A stretch of 64,000 nucleotides of DNA from a bacterium (GTDB taxonomy: Bacteria; CAIWAD01). The stretch covers positions 111,100 to 175,099 of the forward strand of contig JAUIFJ010000003.1 in assembly GCA_030429345.1 (NCBI GenBank). Direction: 5' to 3'. The notes under the pieces were generated by a model that worked only from the letters and a program-made list of their open reading frames with translations, did not search any database and had not been told where the DNA came from. The translations under genes were made by a program, and so were the position numbers. Of the stretch, positions 28,709 through 40,740 are shown one piece after another (within the stretch, counting starts at the first letter, position 1; each line of letters begins with the position of its first letter).

Positions 28709-29929
28709 GTGATCCATGCCGCCCTCCTGCTGCTCGCCGCGCCCGTCCTCGCCCAGGGAACGAACTCTGTGATCCACGAACAGTCCTGCCGGGTCGAATT
28801 CCGCGTCCAGGTGCCGGAAGGCACTCCGACCCTCTACATGCCCGGCAACCTGGAGGCCCTCGGCCCCTGGGACCCGGCAGGCCAGGCCCTGGAGGGCGTG
28901 GGCACGGAACGCGCTCTCGTGCTGCACCTGCCCCGCGGTACGGATCTGGCCTACAAGTTCACCCTGGGCAGCTGGGAGCGGGAGGCCGTCGACGAGAGGA
29001 TGGCGCCCTGGCCCGACCAGCGCCTGCAGGTGAGCGGGGACACCCTGGTCCGCCACGCGATCACGGGCTTCAAGCCGGATCCCCTGGTCCTGCTGGCGGA
29101 TCCCGGGGGCAGCGGCATCCGCGGGCGTCTCGAAACCTGGCCGGATCGCGCATCGGCCTTCCTGGACGAGAAACGGCATGTGACCGTCTGGCTGCCTCCC
29201 GCGTATGACCGGGATCCGCAGCGCCGTTTTCCCGTCGTCTACATGAGCGACGGCCAGAACCTCTTCGACCCGCGCCTCTCGCCGACGGGAGTCGACTGGG
29301 GAGTCGACGAGGCGATCGTCGCCGGCGCGGAGGCCGGAGGCATCGAGGCGGCGATCGTGGTCGCCGTCTGGAACACGGCGCAGCGCTACAGCGAGTACAG
29401 TCCCTGGCACGAGGCGCCGGCCTATGCCCGTTTCCTGCTCGAGGAGCTCAAGCCCGCCGTCGACCGGGCTTTCCGTACACGCCCCGGCCCGGAAAGCACT
29501 TTCGCCATGGGCAGCTCCATGGGCGGGCTGCTGGCCTGGCACCTGGCGCTGCGCCACCCGCAGGTCTTCGGCGCCGCGGCCTGCCTGTCGACGGCGACGA
29601 TCTATTCCCCCGCCTATCACCAGCGGCGCCTGGGGCAGGAGATCACGGCCGGCGACAGGCCCTACCTGCTGGAGGACATCGAGCAAGGGCGTCTACCATT
29701 CCACCGCGGCCGCTTCTATTTCGACTATGGCACGGAGGGCTCGGACCTTCTGTATCACGAAAGCCATGCCCGGCTGCGGGAGCACCTGCTGGCCCGGGGC
29801 CTGGAAGAAGGACGGGACTTCGTGATGCGTCGCTTCCCGGGCGCGGAACACAGCGAGGCCGCCTGGCGCGCCCGGCTGGACCAGCCGCTCGAGTTCCTGC
29901 TGGGGCGGAACCCGCCGGGACGACCATAG
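28709..29929 (+). CDS. Secreted alpha/beta-hydrolase (esterase family) with CBM20-like N-terminal domain
   Basis: GNLEALGPWDP and YKFTLGSW (CBM20-like); DGQNLFD, GSSMGG nucleophile elbow, HSEAAW. Confidence 0.85.
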   Translation: MIHAALLLLAAPVLAQGTNSVIHEQSCRVEFRVQVPEGTPTLYMPGNLEALGPWDPAGQALEGVGTERALVLHLPRGTDLAYKFTLGSWEREAVDERMAPWPDQRLQVSGDTLVRHAITGFKPDPLVLLADPGGSGIRGRLETWPDRASAFLDEKRHVTVWLPPAYDRDPQRRFPVVYMSDGQNLFDPRLSPTGVDWGVDEAIVAGAEAGGIEAAIVVAVWNTAQRYSEYSPWHEAPAYARFLLEELKPAVDRAFRTRPGPESTFAMGSSMGGLLAWHLALRHPQVFGAAACLSTATIYSPAYHQRRLGQEITAGDRPYLLEDIEQGRLPFHRGRFYFDYGTEGSDLLYHESHARLREHLLARGLEEGRDFVMRRFPGAEHSEAAWRARLDQPLEFLLGRNPPGRP

Positions 29930-30055
29930 CCCTCAGCCGATCACGGCGACCCGGGAATCGGCGCCGTGATCCATGGATTCGCGCCCTTCTTCTCCGCGTC
30001 GCCGCGTGGAACCCTGGCGCACGGACCCGTTCGATACGTACAAAGGAAATCACCT

Positions 30056-30565
30056 ATGGTACCCGCCGCGATGCGTCCGAAATTCGTCATCCACAGCGCC
30101 ATGCCCCCGCAGGCCGTGCTGGATCACATGGACCGCTTCCTGGCCTCGCGGGATCTTCCCGTCGAGGGCCGCGTGCTCAGCCGGCACATGTGCATGACCG
30201 TCCCCAGGGAAGAACGGCACTTCTGGTCGCCCAGCCTGGATGTGGACGTGGTCGCGGAAGAGGGCGGCTCGCTGCTGCGCGGCTATTTCGGCCCGCAACC
30301 CAATGTCTGGACCATGTACCTGGCCATGTACGCCGTCCTGATCCTCGTCGCCGGCGCGGCGGTGCTGATCGCGATCTCGCAGTGGATCCTGGGCATGGCG
30401 CCCAGCGTGCTGCTGGCGCTTCCCCTCTGCCTGGTGCTGGCCGCGATCCTCTACCTGGCTTCGCTCAGCGGCCAGCGCATCAGCGCCAGCCAGATCGAAC
30501 AGATCCGCTCGGTCCTGGATGCGGAGCTGCACAAGCTGGAAAAGAGCGCCCCGCCTGCCCCCTGA
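30056..30565 (+). CDS. Hypothetical membrane protein
   Basis: AGGA RBS; HFWSP and FGPQPNVWT motifs; two TM helices. Confidence 0.75.
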   Translation: MVPAAMRPKFVIHSAMPPQAVLDHMDRFLASRDLPVEGRVLSRHMCMTVPREERHFWSPSLDVDVVAEEGGSLLRGYFGPQPNVWTMYLAMYAVLILVAGAAVLIAISQWILGMAPSVLLALPLCLVLAAILYLASLSGQRISASQIEQIRSVLDAELHKLEKSAPPAP

Positions 30566-30679
30566 AGCTGCCGGAAGTTGAACACCCGCGTTATGGTTTC
30601 CCTGAAGCCTACACTCTGCGCAGGTCCGAACTCCTGTCCCTACAGTCAATTGTCCCCGTCTGAAAGCGCCTCTCCGAGT

Positions 30680-30695
30680 GGGCACGACCTTTGCA
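30680..30695 (+). promoter_or_regulatory. sigma54 promoter
   Basis: GGGCAC-GACCT-TTGCA about 125 bp upstream of the secreted-protein gene. Confidence 0.55.
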
Positions 30696-30820
30696 CAAAG
30701 CTGAGTCAGCAAAATTCTTTCCGCACACCATGACTCTTCCAGCGAAGCCGCTGCTTTGCATGCAAAGCGACAGGGGATGGCTCGTCGATTCGGCCGCGCT
30801 GGATGCACAGGAGGTTCTCC

Positions 30821-31858
30821 ATGACCATTGGCACGTTTTTGAACGCCGGGCTCGCTCTCGGCACTCTCGCCGTCGCTCTGCAGGCGCAGCCTGTCTTCAC
30901 CGGCGACGCGGACGCGGACTTCATGGGCCTGCCCGGCCTGCTCACCATCAATGATCCCAACGGCAACGACGTCGGCATTCCCAACGGAGCTCCCGCGGGA
31001 ACGATCTCCGGCTGGGACATCAACCGCATCCACATGTATTACGACCACGGCAGCGACATCATGTATGTCGGCCTGAACTGCTTCGGCCAGGTCTGCGGCG
31101 ACGCTGACGGCGACGGCGACGGCGACACGGAGGCCCAGTGGTTCCTGGACAACCTCGGCGTGGATCACCCCGACTACGGCGGCACCGAGTTCTTCTCGCT
31201 GATCTTCGACAGCAATACCAACGGTACGCTGGACAGCGGAGTCGAGCCGATCATCGGCATTCCCGGCAACGGCAACTTCAATAACCTGCAGGCCGCGGTC
31301 TTCACCGGCACGCCCTTCGCTCCCGGCTTCGCTTTCGGCGCGCCGCTGGCCAACATGGTGACGGCCTTCGCCAGCCCCCACCCCGGCGCCACGGACCTGG
31401 AGCTGGCGATCCACGACTTCTCCACGCTGCCCGGCTTCAGCTTCATGCCGGGCGAGGCCTTCGCTTTCGGCGTGAACGTGGCCAACGGCTCCATCGACGA
31501 CGACGGCGTCGGCGAGGATTTCGTCCCCGGCGCCGGCGCGATCACGACCATCGAGCTGCCCCCCGGGGAAAGCGCGGATGCCAGCGACCTGCCCACCGGT
31601 TTCCGCCTGGAGCACAATGTGCCCAACCCCTTCAATCCCTCGACCCTGCTGAGCTTCAGCATGGAGGAAACGGCCTTCGCCACCCTGGCCGTGTATGACA
31701 TGCGCGGCGCCCTGGTCCGCACCCTGCACAGCGGCCTGCTGCAGGGCGGCGAGCACACGCGGCTCTTCGACGCCGCCGGCCTGGCGAGCGGCGTCTACAT
31801 CGCCCGCCTGAGCAGCGGCGAGCAGAGCCGGTCGATTCGCATGACGCTGGTCAAGTAG
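30821..31858 (+). CDS. Secreted acidic protein with C-terminal PNPFNP sorting domain
   Basis: AGGAGG RBS, signal peptide, DADGDGDGD (Ca-binding-like), NVPNPFNPST...SGVYIARL. Confidence 0.85.
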   Translation: MTIGTFLNAGLALGTLAVALQAQPVFTGDADADFMGLPGLLTINDPNGNDVGIPNGAPAGTISGWDINRIHMYYDHGSDIMYVGLNCFGQVCGDADGDGDGDTEAQWFLDNLGVDHPDYGGTEFFSLIFDSNTNGTLDSGVEPIIGIPGNGNFNNLQAAVFTGTPFAPGFAFGAPLANMVTAFASPHPGATDLELAIHDFSTLPGFSFMPGEAFAFGVNVANGSIDDDGVGEDFVPGAGAITTIELPPGESADASDLPTGFRLEHNVPNPFNPSTLLSFSMEETAFATLAVYDMRGALVRTLHSGLLQGGEHTRLFDAAGLASGVYIARLSSGEQSRSIRMTLVK

Positions 31859-31880
31859 CCCGCGTCTCCCATTGGATCAC

Positions 31881-31917
31881 AAAAGGGACGGTTCGCCTTT
31901 GCGGACCGGCCCTTTTT
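31881..31917 (+). terminator. Bidirectional-type intrinsic terminator
   Basis: AAAAGGG.CGGT...ACCG.CCCTTTT. Confidence 0.6.
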
Positions 31918-31943
31918 CCATTGCAGGCGTTTATCCGGGAAGA

Positions 31944-32208
31944 CCTCGCACGGAGATCACGGGGAAGACGGAGAACACGGAGAAGAAGGAGTTGCGGGTG
32001 GACAGAGGAAGTGGAATGGAGGGGTGTAGACTCGCAGTCCTGTCTGAGGGGCGGGGTGCCGACTCGCAGTCCTGTCTGCGACGCGAATCAGGATCCCGTG
32101 GTCAAGCCACGGGATGACAGTCGTGGGGCGGGGTGTCGGAGCGGGAAGCATTCCTCCCAACCATTTCTTCCCCGTGCTCTCTGCCTTCTCCGTGCTCTCC
32201 GTGCGAGA
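31944..32208. repeat. MITE-like inverted repeat element (family A) with nested family B REP
   Basis: CTCGCACGGAGATCACGG... and ...CTCCGTGCTCTCCGTGCGAG arms; internal GACTCGCAGTCCTGTCTG x2 and GGATCCCGTGGTCAAGCCACGGGATGACAG. Confidence 0.8.
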
Positions 32209-32235
32209 ACGAACACAGAATGGCAGTGGAGCTTC

Positions 32236-33570
32236 CTACTCCGGCACTTGCAGGACTTCCCGCTCCCGGAAGCGGCTGGCGTAGAAGATGTAGCACAGGA
32301 GGGCCAGGCCCATCAGGGCGGCGAAGAAGAGGTAGTAGTGGACCTCGTCCAGGCGGCTGGCGCCCGTCACGTCGAGCAGGGCGAAATTGATTCCCGCCAC
32401 CAGCAGGTTCCCCGCGCTGATGCTGAGGAAGAAGAGAGCCATCACGATCGACTTGAGCGTGCGTGGTGCCTGCGTATAACTGAACTCCAGGCAGGTCACC
32501 GAGACCAGCACCTCGCCGGCAGTGATCAGGATCCAGGCCGGCAGCTGCCAGAGGATCGACAGCTGGACGCTCGTCAGCCGCCACTCGATGAGCGCCGACC
32601 ACAGGAAGGCCGCCGCCGAAAGCAGGAAGCCCAGCCCGATGCGGCGCAGCGCGCCGAAGGGCAGGTGCTTCGTCACACGGGGATAGAGCGCCACGCTGAA
32701 GAGCGGCACGAAAAGCAGGATCAGCACGGGATTCAGGGCCTGGATCTGCGAAGGCAGGAAGGACAGCCCCGCCACCTGCAGGTCCATTCGCCTGGCCTGC
32801 AGGACCCAGGCGCTGCCGGTCTGGTCGTAGAGCGCCCAGAAGACGGCTACGAAGACAAACAGTCCGCAGAGCCCCAGCAGGGCCCGTCGCCCTTCCGCAG
32901 AAAGGGCCTCGCGCAATACGGCCCGGCCGCGCGGCGGAACGTGGACGAAGCGCTTGCGGCCCAGCCAGAAGAGCCAGGTGGCCAGGGCCATCAGCAGGCC
33001 CGGCAGGCCGAAGGCGGCCCAGGCGCCGACCGTCGCCAGCAGCCAGGGCGTCAGCAGGGTCGCGGCAAAGCTGCCCAGGTTGATGGCGAAGTAGAAGGCG
33101 CTGAAAACCGCTGTCAGGCGGTGCCGGTTGCCGGGGCCGAACTGGTCGCCCACGTGGGCCGACACGCAAGGCTTGATGCCGCCGGCGCCCACGGCAATCA
33201 ACCCCAGCCCGAGGCCCAGGCCGAGCCGCGTCTCGTCCAGCGCCAGGCAGGCATGCCCCAGGCAGTAGACCAGCGAGAGCAGCAGGATCGTGCGGTACTT
33301 GCCCCAGAGGATGTCCGAGAGCAGCGCCCCCGCCAGGGGCGTGAAGTAGACCGCGGAATTGAAGGCGTGATACCAGCCCCGCGCTTCCGCTTCCCCCATG
33401 GGGGCCGGGCGGCCGGCGGCATCCAGCAGGTGGGTTGTCATGAAGACGACGAGGATCGCCTTCATGCCGTAGAAGCTGAAACGCTCCGCGGCCTCGTTGC
33501 CGACGATGTAGGGAATGCCCCCCGGCATTCCGCTGCCGCGGGAAGGGCCGCTGCGGTAGCCTGCGCTCAC
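32236..33570 (-). CDS. POT/PTR family proton-dependent oligopeptide transporter
   Basis: EAAERFSFYG (ExxERFxYYG), GGIKPCVSAHVGDQF, FYFAINLGS; GTG start coupled to upstream stop. Confidence 0.92.
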   Translation of the reverse strand: MSAGYRSGPSRGSGMPGGIPYIVGNEAAERFSFYGMKAILVVFMTTHLLDAAGRPAPMGEAEARGWYHAFNSAVYFTPLAGALLSDILWGKYRTILLLSLVYCLGHACLALDETRLGLGLGLGLIAVGAGGIKPCVSAHVGDQFGPGNRHRLTAVFSAFYFAINLGSFAATLLTPWLLATVGAWAAFGLPGLLMALATWLFWLGRKRFVHVPPRGRAVLREALSAEGRRALLGLCGLFVFVAVFWALYDQTGSAWVLQARRMDLQVAGLSFLPSQIQALNPVLILLFVPLFSVALYPRVTKHLPFGALRRIGLGFLLSAAAFLWSALIEWRLTSVQLSILWQLPAWILITAGEVLVSVTCLEFSYTQAPRTLKSIVMALFFLSISAGNLLVAGINFALLDVTGASRLDEVHYYLFFAALMGLALLCYIFYASRFREREVLQVPE

Positions 33571-33887
33571 GCCTTCCCGCCGGCGGCCGGCGGAAGCTTC
33601 TCCTCCACGCTGCGCACCTTGTCGCGCATGCTCTGCGCGCGGTCCTGGCGGGTGCCCAGGCGGATGCTGGTCGTGATACGCGGCGCGCCCATGCGCAGCA
33701 TTTCCTCGTGACACTCCTTGACCGCGGCCATCACCGCGTCCCAGTCGCCCTCGATGTTGGTGCCGTAGGCGTGCAGCTCGCGCTTCAGGCCGTGCTTCTG
33801 GATCACGGTCTCGCAGGCCGCCACGTAGGACGAGAGGCTCGTGCCCACGCCGATGGGAATGATGCACAGGTCCAGGATGATCTTCAT
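33567..33887 (-). CDS. MTH1187/YkoF-like thiamine-binding family protein
   Basis: IIPIGVGTSLS, HAYGTNIEGDW, GTRQDR. Confidence 0.88.
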   Translation of the reverse strand: MKIILDLCIIPIGVGTSLSSYVAACETVIQKHGLKRELHAYGTNIEGDWDAVMAAVKECHEEMLRMGAPRITTSIRLGTRQDRAQSMRDKVRSVEEKLPPAAGGKA

Positions 33888-33921
33888 GCGCTCCCCCGAT
33901 CGATTTCGTATACAGAGAATG

Positions 33922-35613
<1,692 letters not shown>

Positions 35614-35791
35614 GGGGTCCTCGGAAATGGTCTGGCGGTTCGACGGCGAAAAAGGCGGAAGGTAAGGAAGATCGAGGGCTGGTTCGCACTGCGGACCCGA
35701 CTTCCCGCAGGCAATTCCGCCCAGGCGGGAAAAGAGAACGGGGCGACCCGAATGGACCGCCCCGTCAACATCTTGATGGCAGTCCCGCGGA

Positions 35792-36607
35792 CTACTGCTC
35801 GCTGGCCGTGAAGGTACCGCCGGTGATGGTCACCGTGGCCAGGTCCGCGGCGCGGACGGCGGTGAATTCAAAGGTGCCGCTCACCGTTCCGTTGGAAATG
35901 GAATCCACCGTCAGGGTTCCACTGCCCATGGCGAAGTTCGCCATGAAGAGGTCCAGCGGATTGGTGTTGTCCGGGATAAAGGTCGCCTGGTTGCCGCTGG
36001 TCGAAAAGCTGTAGCTGCCGACCGAATCCCCTAGCACCTGCAACTGGAGCTGGGTGCTGCCGCCGACGGCGGTAATGCCAATGAGGCCGCCGTCCAGGGT
36101 CGCGAAGACGAAGTCGCTGAAGTCCATGGCCGTGCCGTCCACGGTGCAGGACACGGCGCCGCCCGAACTCGAACCGAAACCGTAGTGGTCGCAATCGATC
36201 ATCGCGCTGATGCGGTTGTAGGTGCGCGAGCCGTCCTCGTCGGTCAGGACCATGCTGTTGCCGTTGAGCGCGTAAGCCGTTCCGGTGGTTTCGGTGAAGG
36301 TCTGGCCCTGGAACTCGAACTCGATGGTCACATAGATGCTGTCGGCGTCGTTGGACCAGGTGGCCATGCCGGATTCGAACTGGTCGCAGACCTGGTTGAC
36401 CAGATCCGCTTCCACGACAAGAAACTCGCCGTTGGCGGAAAGCTGGGCCGTCTCTTCCTCGACTCCGGCCATTGTGTACTGCCAAACACCCGACAGGGAG
36501 CCGCCGCTGCCGCCGTTGTCGTCATCGTCATCATCGTCAAAACAGGCATTGAGGCTCAGGGTCAACAGCCCGGCCAGAAACAGGATCGCAAGCTTGCGTG
36601 CTTTCAT
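35792..36607 (-). CDS. Hypothetical lipoprotein (lipocalin-like plus beta-sandwich)
   Basis: Lipobox LNAC, poly-Asp tether, LSGVW, VSGTFEFTA. Confidence 0.8.
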   Translation of the reverse strand: MKARKLAILFLAGLLTLSLNACFDDDDDDDNGGSGGSLSGVWQYTMAGVEEETAQLSANGEFLVVEADLVNQVCDQFESGMATWSNDADSIYVTIEFEFQGQTFTETTGTAYALNGNSMVLTDEDGSRTYNRISAMIDCDHYGFGSSSGGAVSCTVDGTAMDFSDFVFATLDGGLIGITAVGGSTQLQLQVLGDSVGSYSFSTSGNQATFIPDNTNPLDLFMANFAMGSGTLTVDSISNGTVSGTFEFTAVRAADLATVTITGGTFTASEQ

Positions 36608-36902
36608 TCGTCACTCCATGATGTATTGATTGGTTGCTGTCGCTTGATACTGCGTGAAGGGATCAAGCTAACTCAATCCCAACAATCCGGGCAACAAGAT
36701 GCCGGAATCAGCCGCAGGCTTCCATACGGCATTCGTCCCCCTGTATCGACAAGCTGATGGACCGGCTGAAATCAGACAGTGTCCCCTGTCACAGGCTTTT
36801 CCGGCTCATCTCCCCCACTCTGGTTGCCGCGGCGGTGGCTGACCCGTGACCGGGCGCACCCGAATCCCGGGAAAAGGCCCTGCCGGTCCCCGAAAGGGCA
36901 TC

Positions 36903-36918
36903 TGGCACGCCGCTGGCA
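36903..36918 (+). promoter_or_regulatory. Possible sigma54 promoter
   Basis: TGGCAC-GCCGC-TGGCA (GG-N10-GC) about 90 bp upstream of the gene. Confidence 0.4.
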
Positions 36919-37009
36919 GGAGTTCCACGCAGAAACCAGGGCGCTCACGGGGATCCGTGACACGCCGCACATAGATCCGGCGGCAGCCGGGCAAGACACG
37001 GAGGCGACA

Positions 37010-37921
37010 ATGAATCGCACGAAACAGATCACGCTGACGGCGCTGCTGGCGCTGACGGCGACAGCCGGAGCGGCCCAGTTGCAGCTGGGACTGCGCGGCG
37101 CGGTGGTGGCACCCCTGGAACTGGGGCCCAAGGACAGCATCGAGAGTTTCTACAGCTATGGAGAGCCGAACCACTCGAGCGCCAACACGGGCTACGAGCA
37201 GAGCAACGTGATGACGATCCTGCCTGTCGTACAGGCGGACGGCGTCAACGGACTGGTGTTCATTTTCGATGAGCCGGGCGACGGCAGCAACGGCGAGATC
37301 GACTTCACCCTGAGCGGCCTGAAGGGCGCTTCCCTGATCGTCGAGGATGACGGCGAGTTCAGCCACGGCGATCGCTACGCCTATAATCCATACACGGAAC
37401 AGGGGCGGATCCACTGCCGCTGGTTCCCCTGCTGCACCGACGGCGCGGCCTTCCGCTTCGAGGAAGAGCTGCCCGGCGTACTCCACCTGGACACCGCCCT
37501 GTCCTACAACCTCGATCATGCCCGGATCGTCGGTGTAGACCCGGAAAGCGGCGAAAGCCTGATCCTGGACGACCTGCCCTTGTCACTCGCCCTGACGCTG
37601 GACTTCATCGACACACCGCCGGAAGACGACGGCGACGGGGAGGGCAAGAACCCGCTCGACGCGGCGGTGCTGCTGCCCGCGACGCCCAATCCCTTCAATC
37701 CGGCCACGACCCTGCGCTGGCAGCTGCCCGAGGCGGGCTATTCCCGGCTGGAAGTCTTCGACATCCTTGGGCGGCGCGTGGCCCTGCTGCACGAGGGACG
37801 CCTGGAGGCCGGCGAACACAGCACGGTCTTCGAGGCCGGCGGCCTGGCGAGCGGCAACTACTTCCTGTGCCACAACGGTCCGGCCGGCCGTGAGACACAG
37901 ATCCTGACCCTGCTGAAATAG
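37010..37921 (+). CDS. Secreted protein with C-terminal PNPFNP sorting domain
   Basis: GGAGG RBS, signal peptide, WFPCCTDG motif, ATPNPFNPAT...SGNYFL. Confidence 0.85.
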   Translation: MNRTKQITLTALLALTATAGAAQLQLGLRGAVVAPLELGPKDSIESFYSYGEPNHSSANTGYEQSNVMTILPVVQADGVNGLVFIFDEPGDGSNGEIDFTLSGLKGASLIVEDDGEFSHGDRYAYNPYTEQGRIHCRWFPCCTDGAAFRFEEELPGVLHLDTALSYNLDHARIVGVDPESGESLILDDLPLSLALTLDFIDTPPEDDGDGEGKNPLDAAVLLPATPNPFNPATTLRWQLPEAGYSRLEVFDILGRRVALLHEGRLEAGEHSTVFEAGGLASGNYFLCHNGPAGRETQILTLLK

Positions 37922-38003
37922 CTCCACGTGAGCCAACACAAGGGGCCGTCCATCCGGGGGGAGGGGCGGCCCCGCTTTGGCTTCGTACCTGGTCATGAAA
38001 TTC

Positions 38004-38104
38004 AAGACCTCGCACGGAGATCACAGAGAATACGGAGACCGCAGAGTAAGAATTTATTCTTCTTCGTGGCCTCTGTCTTCTCCGTGTTCTCCGTGCGAGG
38101 TCTT
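38004..38104. repeat. MITE-like inverted repeat element (family A)
   Basis: AAGACCTCGCACGGAGA ... TCTCCGTGCGAGGTCTT terminal inverted repeats. Confidence 0.85.
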
Positions 38105-40740
38105 CACTCGACAAAGAACCTGCTGACCGCTCCTTCGGCGAAGTCGTAGCCCAGGTCCTGCAGGGTGTCGCCTTCGATGGAGCACAGGAGCACGCGGCCG
38201 TTGTGGCCGATGCGCTCCGGGTCGCTGCCGCGCAGCCACCAGTGGCGGATCAGGCCGTCCTCCATGCTGTCGAGGAAATGCAGCTCCCAGGCGCCCGGGT
38301 CCAGGCGCAGGGTGTCGCGGTGGACGACGCCGCTCTCGAAGGTATCACGGGACTGCCGCAAACGACCGGCGGCGTCGAGCAGCAGCCAGGAGTTGTCGTC
38401 GGCGCGGCCGAAGGGCGGCGCGTCGAAGTGGATCACGAGGTCCCGCGGCATGCGCAGCGGGGCGGGGCAGGCGCTGGCCAGGCGGTTGTCTCCGGGCCAT
38501 CCGTCCTTGCCCTCGAGCGGCCAGGCCTCGACAAGAAAGCGCGCGCCCTCCTCCATGGCGCTCCAGTCGCAGGGCGGCAGCCGCACTTCCTCGACAGCGC
38601 CCGGCTCCAGCTGTCCGCGCCAGGTCCAGTCGCGCGCTTCGGCTCCTTCCAGCCCGTAGGACAGGCGGGCCGCCAGGAGGGGAGTGCCGCCCAGGTTGCG
38701 CAGGCGGATCACGGGAGAGCCGGAGGGCGGATTGAAGCGCCGGAACTCCTTGCGCCCGCTGGGCGCCAGGATCTCCTCCACGGCCAGGTCCACCGCGGAG
38801 CGCCAGGCGCCGGTCTCGAGAATCTGCTGGCTGTGGTAGTAGGCCCCGCCCTCCTCGCCCGTGTCCGGCAGCGGCTCCTCGATGGCGTAGTCCACGGAGA
38901 GCAGGCTGTCGCCGCCCTGCGCCAGCTCGTGATCCACCGTGGTGACGAAGCGGCCCGGGCACCAGCCGGCGCGATCGAACTGCCAGGTGCCGCCCTGGGG
39001 ATGCAACGGATTGTCGCCGCAGTTGGTCCACAGGGTCCAGCGGAAGTCCCGTGTGCCATTGACCACCAGGCGGTGCTCCTTCGGGGTCCACTCGCAGCAG
39101 TTGTTGGGCCCGTAGTGGCCATGGCCCGAGATGCGCGAACGGAGCACGATGCGCGCCGCCTCCGGCAGCAGGTCGAGCACGCGGGGCCGCAGCACCTCGT
39201 CGCGGTGGATCCTGCCGTAGTTGTGGTTGCCTTCGGGCCAGATGTTGCGCAGGCGCAGCACGGGGCGCGGCGAGGGGCCTTCGATGAAGGCGAAGCGCAG
39301 GTCGAGCAGCTCCAGGCCGTTCCCTGCCTGCAGGTCCACTTTCCCGCTGAGCAGGCCGGCGTAGTCGCTGACTTCGTAGAGCCAGAGAAAGCCCTCTTCG
39401 CCCAGGTCCAGGCCCTTGCCGTAGGGCGTGATATAGCGCGCCAGCTCGAAGACCTCGCGCTCGATGATCTCTTCCCCTTCCCAGCGCAGGGGCTGCTGGT
39501 GCAGCACCGTGTCTGCCGGAAGCGGCCTGCTCGACAGCAGGCGGCCGTCGGCATCGAAGAGCCGCTCCTCGGCGGCCCAGGCGCGCAGCGTGTCCAGGGG
39601 CTGGCGCGGAGCATCGGGATTCCCGTAGACGAGCACGCTCAGCGGCGCGGCCCGCAGGCTGTCGCGCACCACCTGCGCCCCCTTCTCCGGCCGGTAGTCC
39701 GCCTGGCCGCCGAAGCCGTACAAGCGGCGTTCCGGTTCGCCCACCAGCCGTCCGTGCCGGGCGCTGCCGCTGGAGTCGCGGGCCCGGCCGTCCTCGCCGT
39801 CGAAGGTGTAGTACAATTCCAGTCCGTCCGGGTCCACGCTGCCGCCCTGCGCAAGGGCGCGGATCTCTTCCCCGTCGAGCGCGCGGCTGTATACGCGCAG
39901 TTCGTCCATGGCGCCGTCGTACCAGGAGCCGTTGGCGTTGCAGTTTCCTCCCAGGATGAAGGAGTCCACGGGGCCGATGGGCTTGACCATGTTCCCCGCC
40001 TCGTGCCACAGCTCGCCGTCGCGCCAGATCGCCATGCGGCCGCTGCGCAGCTCCCTCGTGAAACACCAGTGGGTCCAGCGCCCTTTCCAGTCCTCCGGCG
40101 CGCCCTGCTTCGTCAGGCGGTTGTTGTTGCCCTGCAGGCGGCCGCCGCCCTCGAAGAAGATCACGCCCGTCCCCCAGGGCAGGTGCAGGTTGAGCACGCG
40201 CCCGCCCTGCAGGCAGGCTTCGACAATGCTGCCGTTGCTCGGCTGGTCCGGAGCGCCGCGGGACCAGAAGGCCAGGCTGAGCGCCGAATCCGCCGGCGCA
40301 AGCGCGGAAGGCGGCACCTCGACGAAGGCGCCTTCGCGGAACTGCAGGTAGCGGTCGCGCTGCCGGGGGCCGGCCCCGGACCAGCCCGACACGCGGTCGT
40401 ATACGGGCTCAAGCCGGAGCCGCAGCGAATCCGGGGCCTCGCCGAGCACGGTGAAGGAGGGCTGCTCGAGCGGCTCTCGGTAGACCTTGCCCGTAGGGTG
40501 ATGCACGCGCAGGTAGGTGTTGACATCCCATTCCCCGCAGTCGTAGCGGTCGCCGGGAGTCGCCGGGTCGCACTTCAGTGTATACAGGGCCAGCACCTTG
40601 CGCCACTCCTGCCGCGGCGGAAAGTCGAAGACGGCGCGGCGCGTCTCGATGGAGTCGAAGGTGAAGGTCTGGACCCAGGTCGTATCACAGGGGGCTTCCG
40701 GGGGAAGCGCGAAGAGCAGGGCAAGCAGCAGGAGTTTCAT
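38104..40740 (-). CDS. Secreted peptide-N-glycosidase F-related protein with inserted LamG domain
   Basis: CGEWD, FELARYITPYG, ISGHG, CCEW, RAGWCPG; LamG-like segment ending GAMDELRVYSRAL. Confidence 0.85.
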   Translation of the reverse strand: MKLLLLALLFALPPEAPCDTTWVQTFTFDSIETRRAVFDFPPRQEWRKVLALYTLKCDPATPGDRYDCGEWDVNTYLRVHHPTGKVYREPLEQPSFTVLGEAPDSLRLRLEPVYDRVSGWSGAGPRQRDRYLQFREGAFVEVPPSALAPADSALSLAFWSRGAPDQPSNGSIVEACLQGGRVLNLHLPWGTGVIFFEGGGRLQGNNNRLTKQGAPEDWKGRWTHWCFTRELRSGRMAIWRDGELWHEAGNMVKPIGPVDSFILGGNCNANGSWYDGAMDELRVYSRALDGEEIRALAQGGSVDPDGLELYYTFDGEDGRARDSSGSARHGRLVGEPERRLYGFGGQADYRPEKGAQVVRDSLRAAPLSVLVYGNPDAPRQPLDTLRAWAAEERLFDADGRLLSSRPLPADTVLHQQPLRWEGEEIIEREVFELARYITPYGKGLDLGEEGFLWLYEVSDYAGLLSGKVDLQAGNGLELLDLRFAFIEGPSPRPVLRLRNIWPEGNHNYGRIHRDEVLRPRVLDLLPEAARIVLRSRISGHGHYGPNNCCEWTPKEHRLVVNGTRDFRWTLWTNCGDNPLHPQGGTWQFDRAGWCPGRFVTTVDHELAQGGDSLLSVDYAIEEPLPDTGEEGGAYYHSQQILETGAWRSAVDLAVEEILAPSGRKEFRRFNPPSGSPVIRLRNLGGTPLLAARLSYGLEGAEARDWTWRGQLEPGAVEEVRLPPCDWSAMEEGARFLVEAWPLEGKDGWPGDNRLASACPAPLRMPRDLVIHFDAPPFGRADDNSWLLLDAAGRLRQSRDTFESGVVHRDTLRLDPGAWELHFLDSMEDGLIRHWWLRGSDPERIGHNGRVLLCSIEGDTLQDLGYDFAEGAVSRFFVE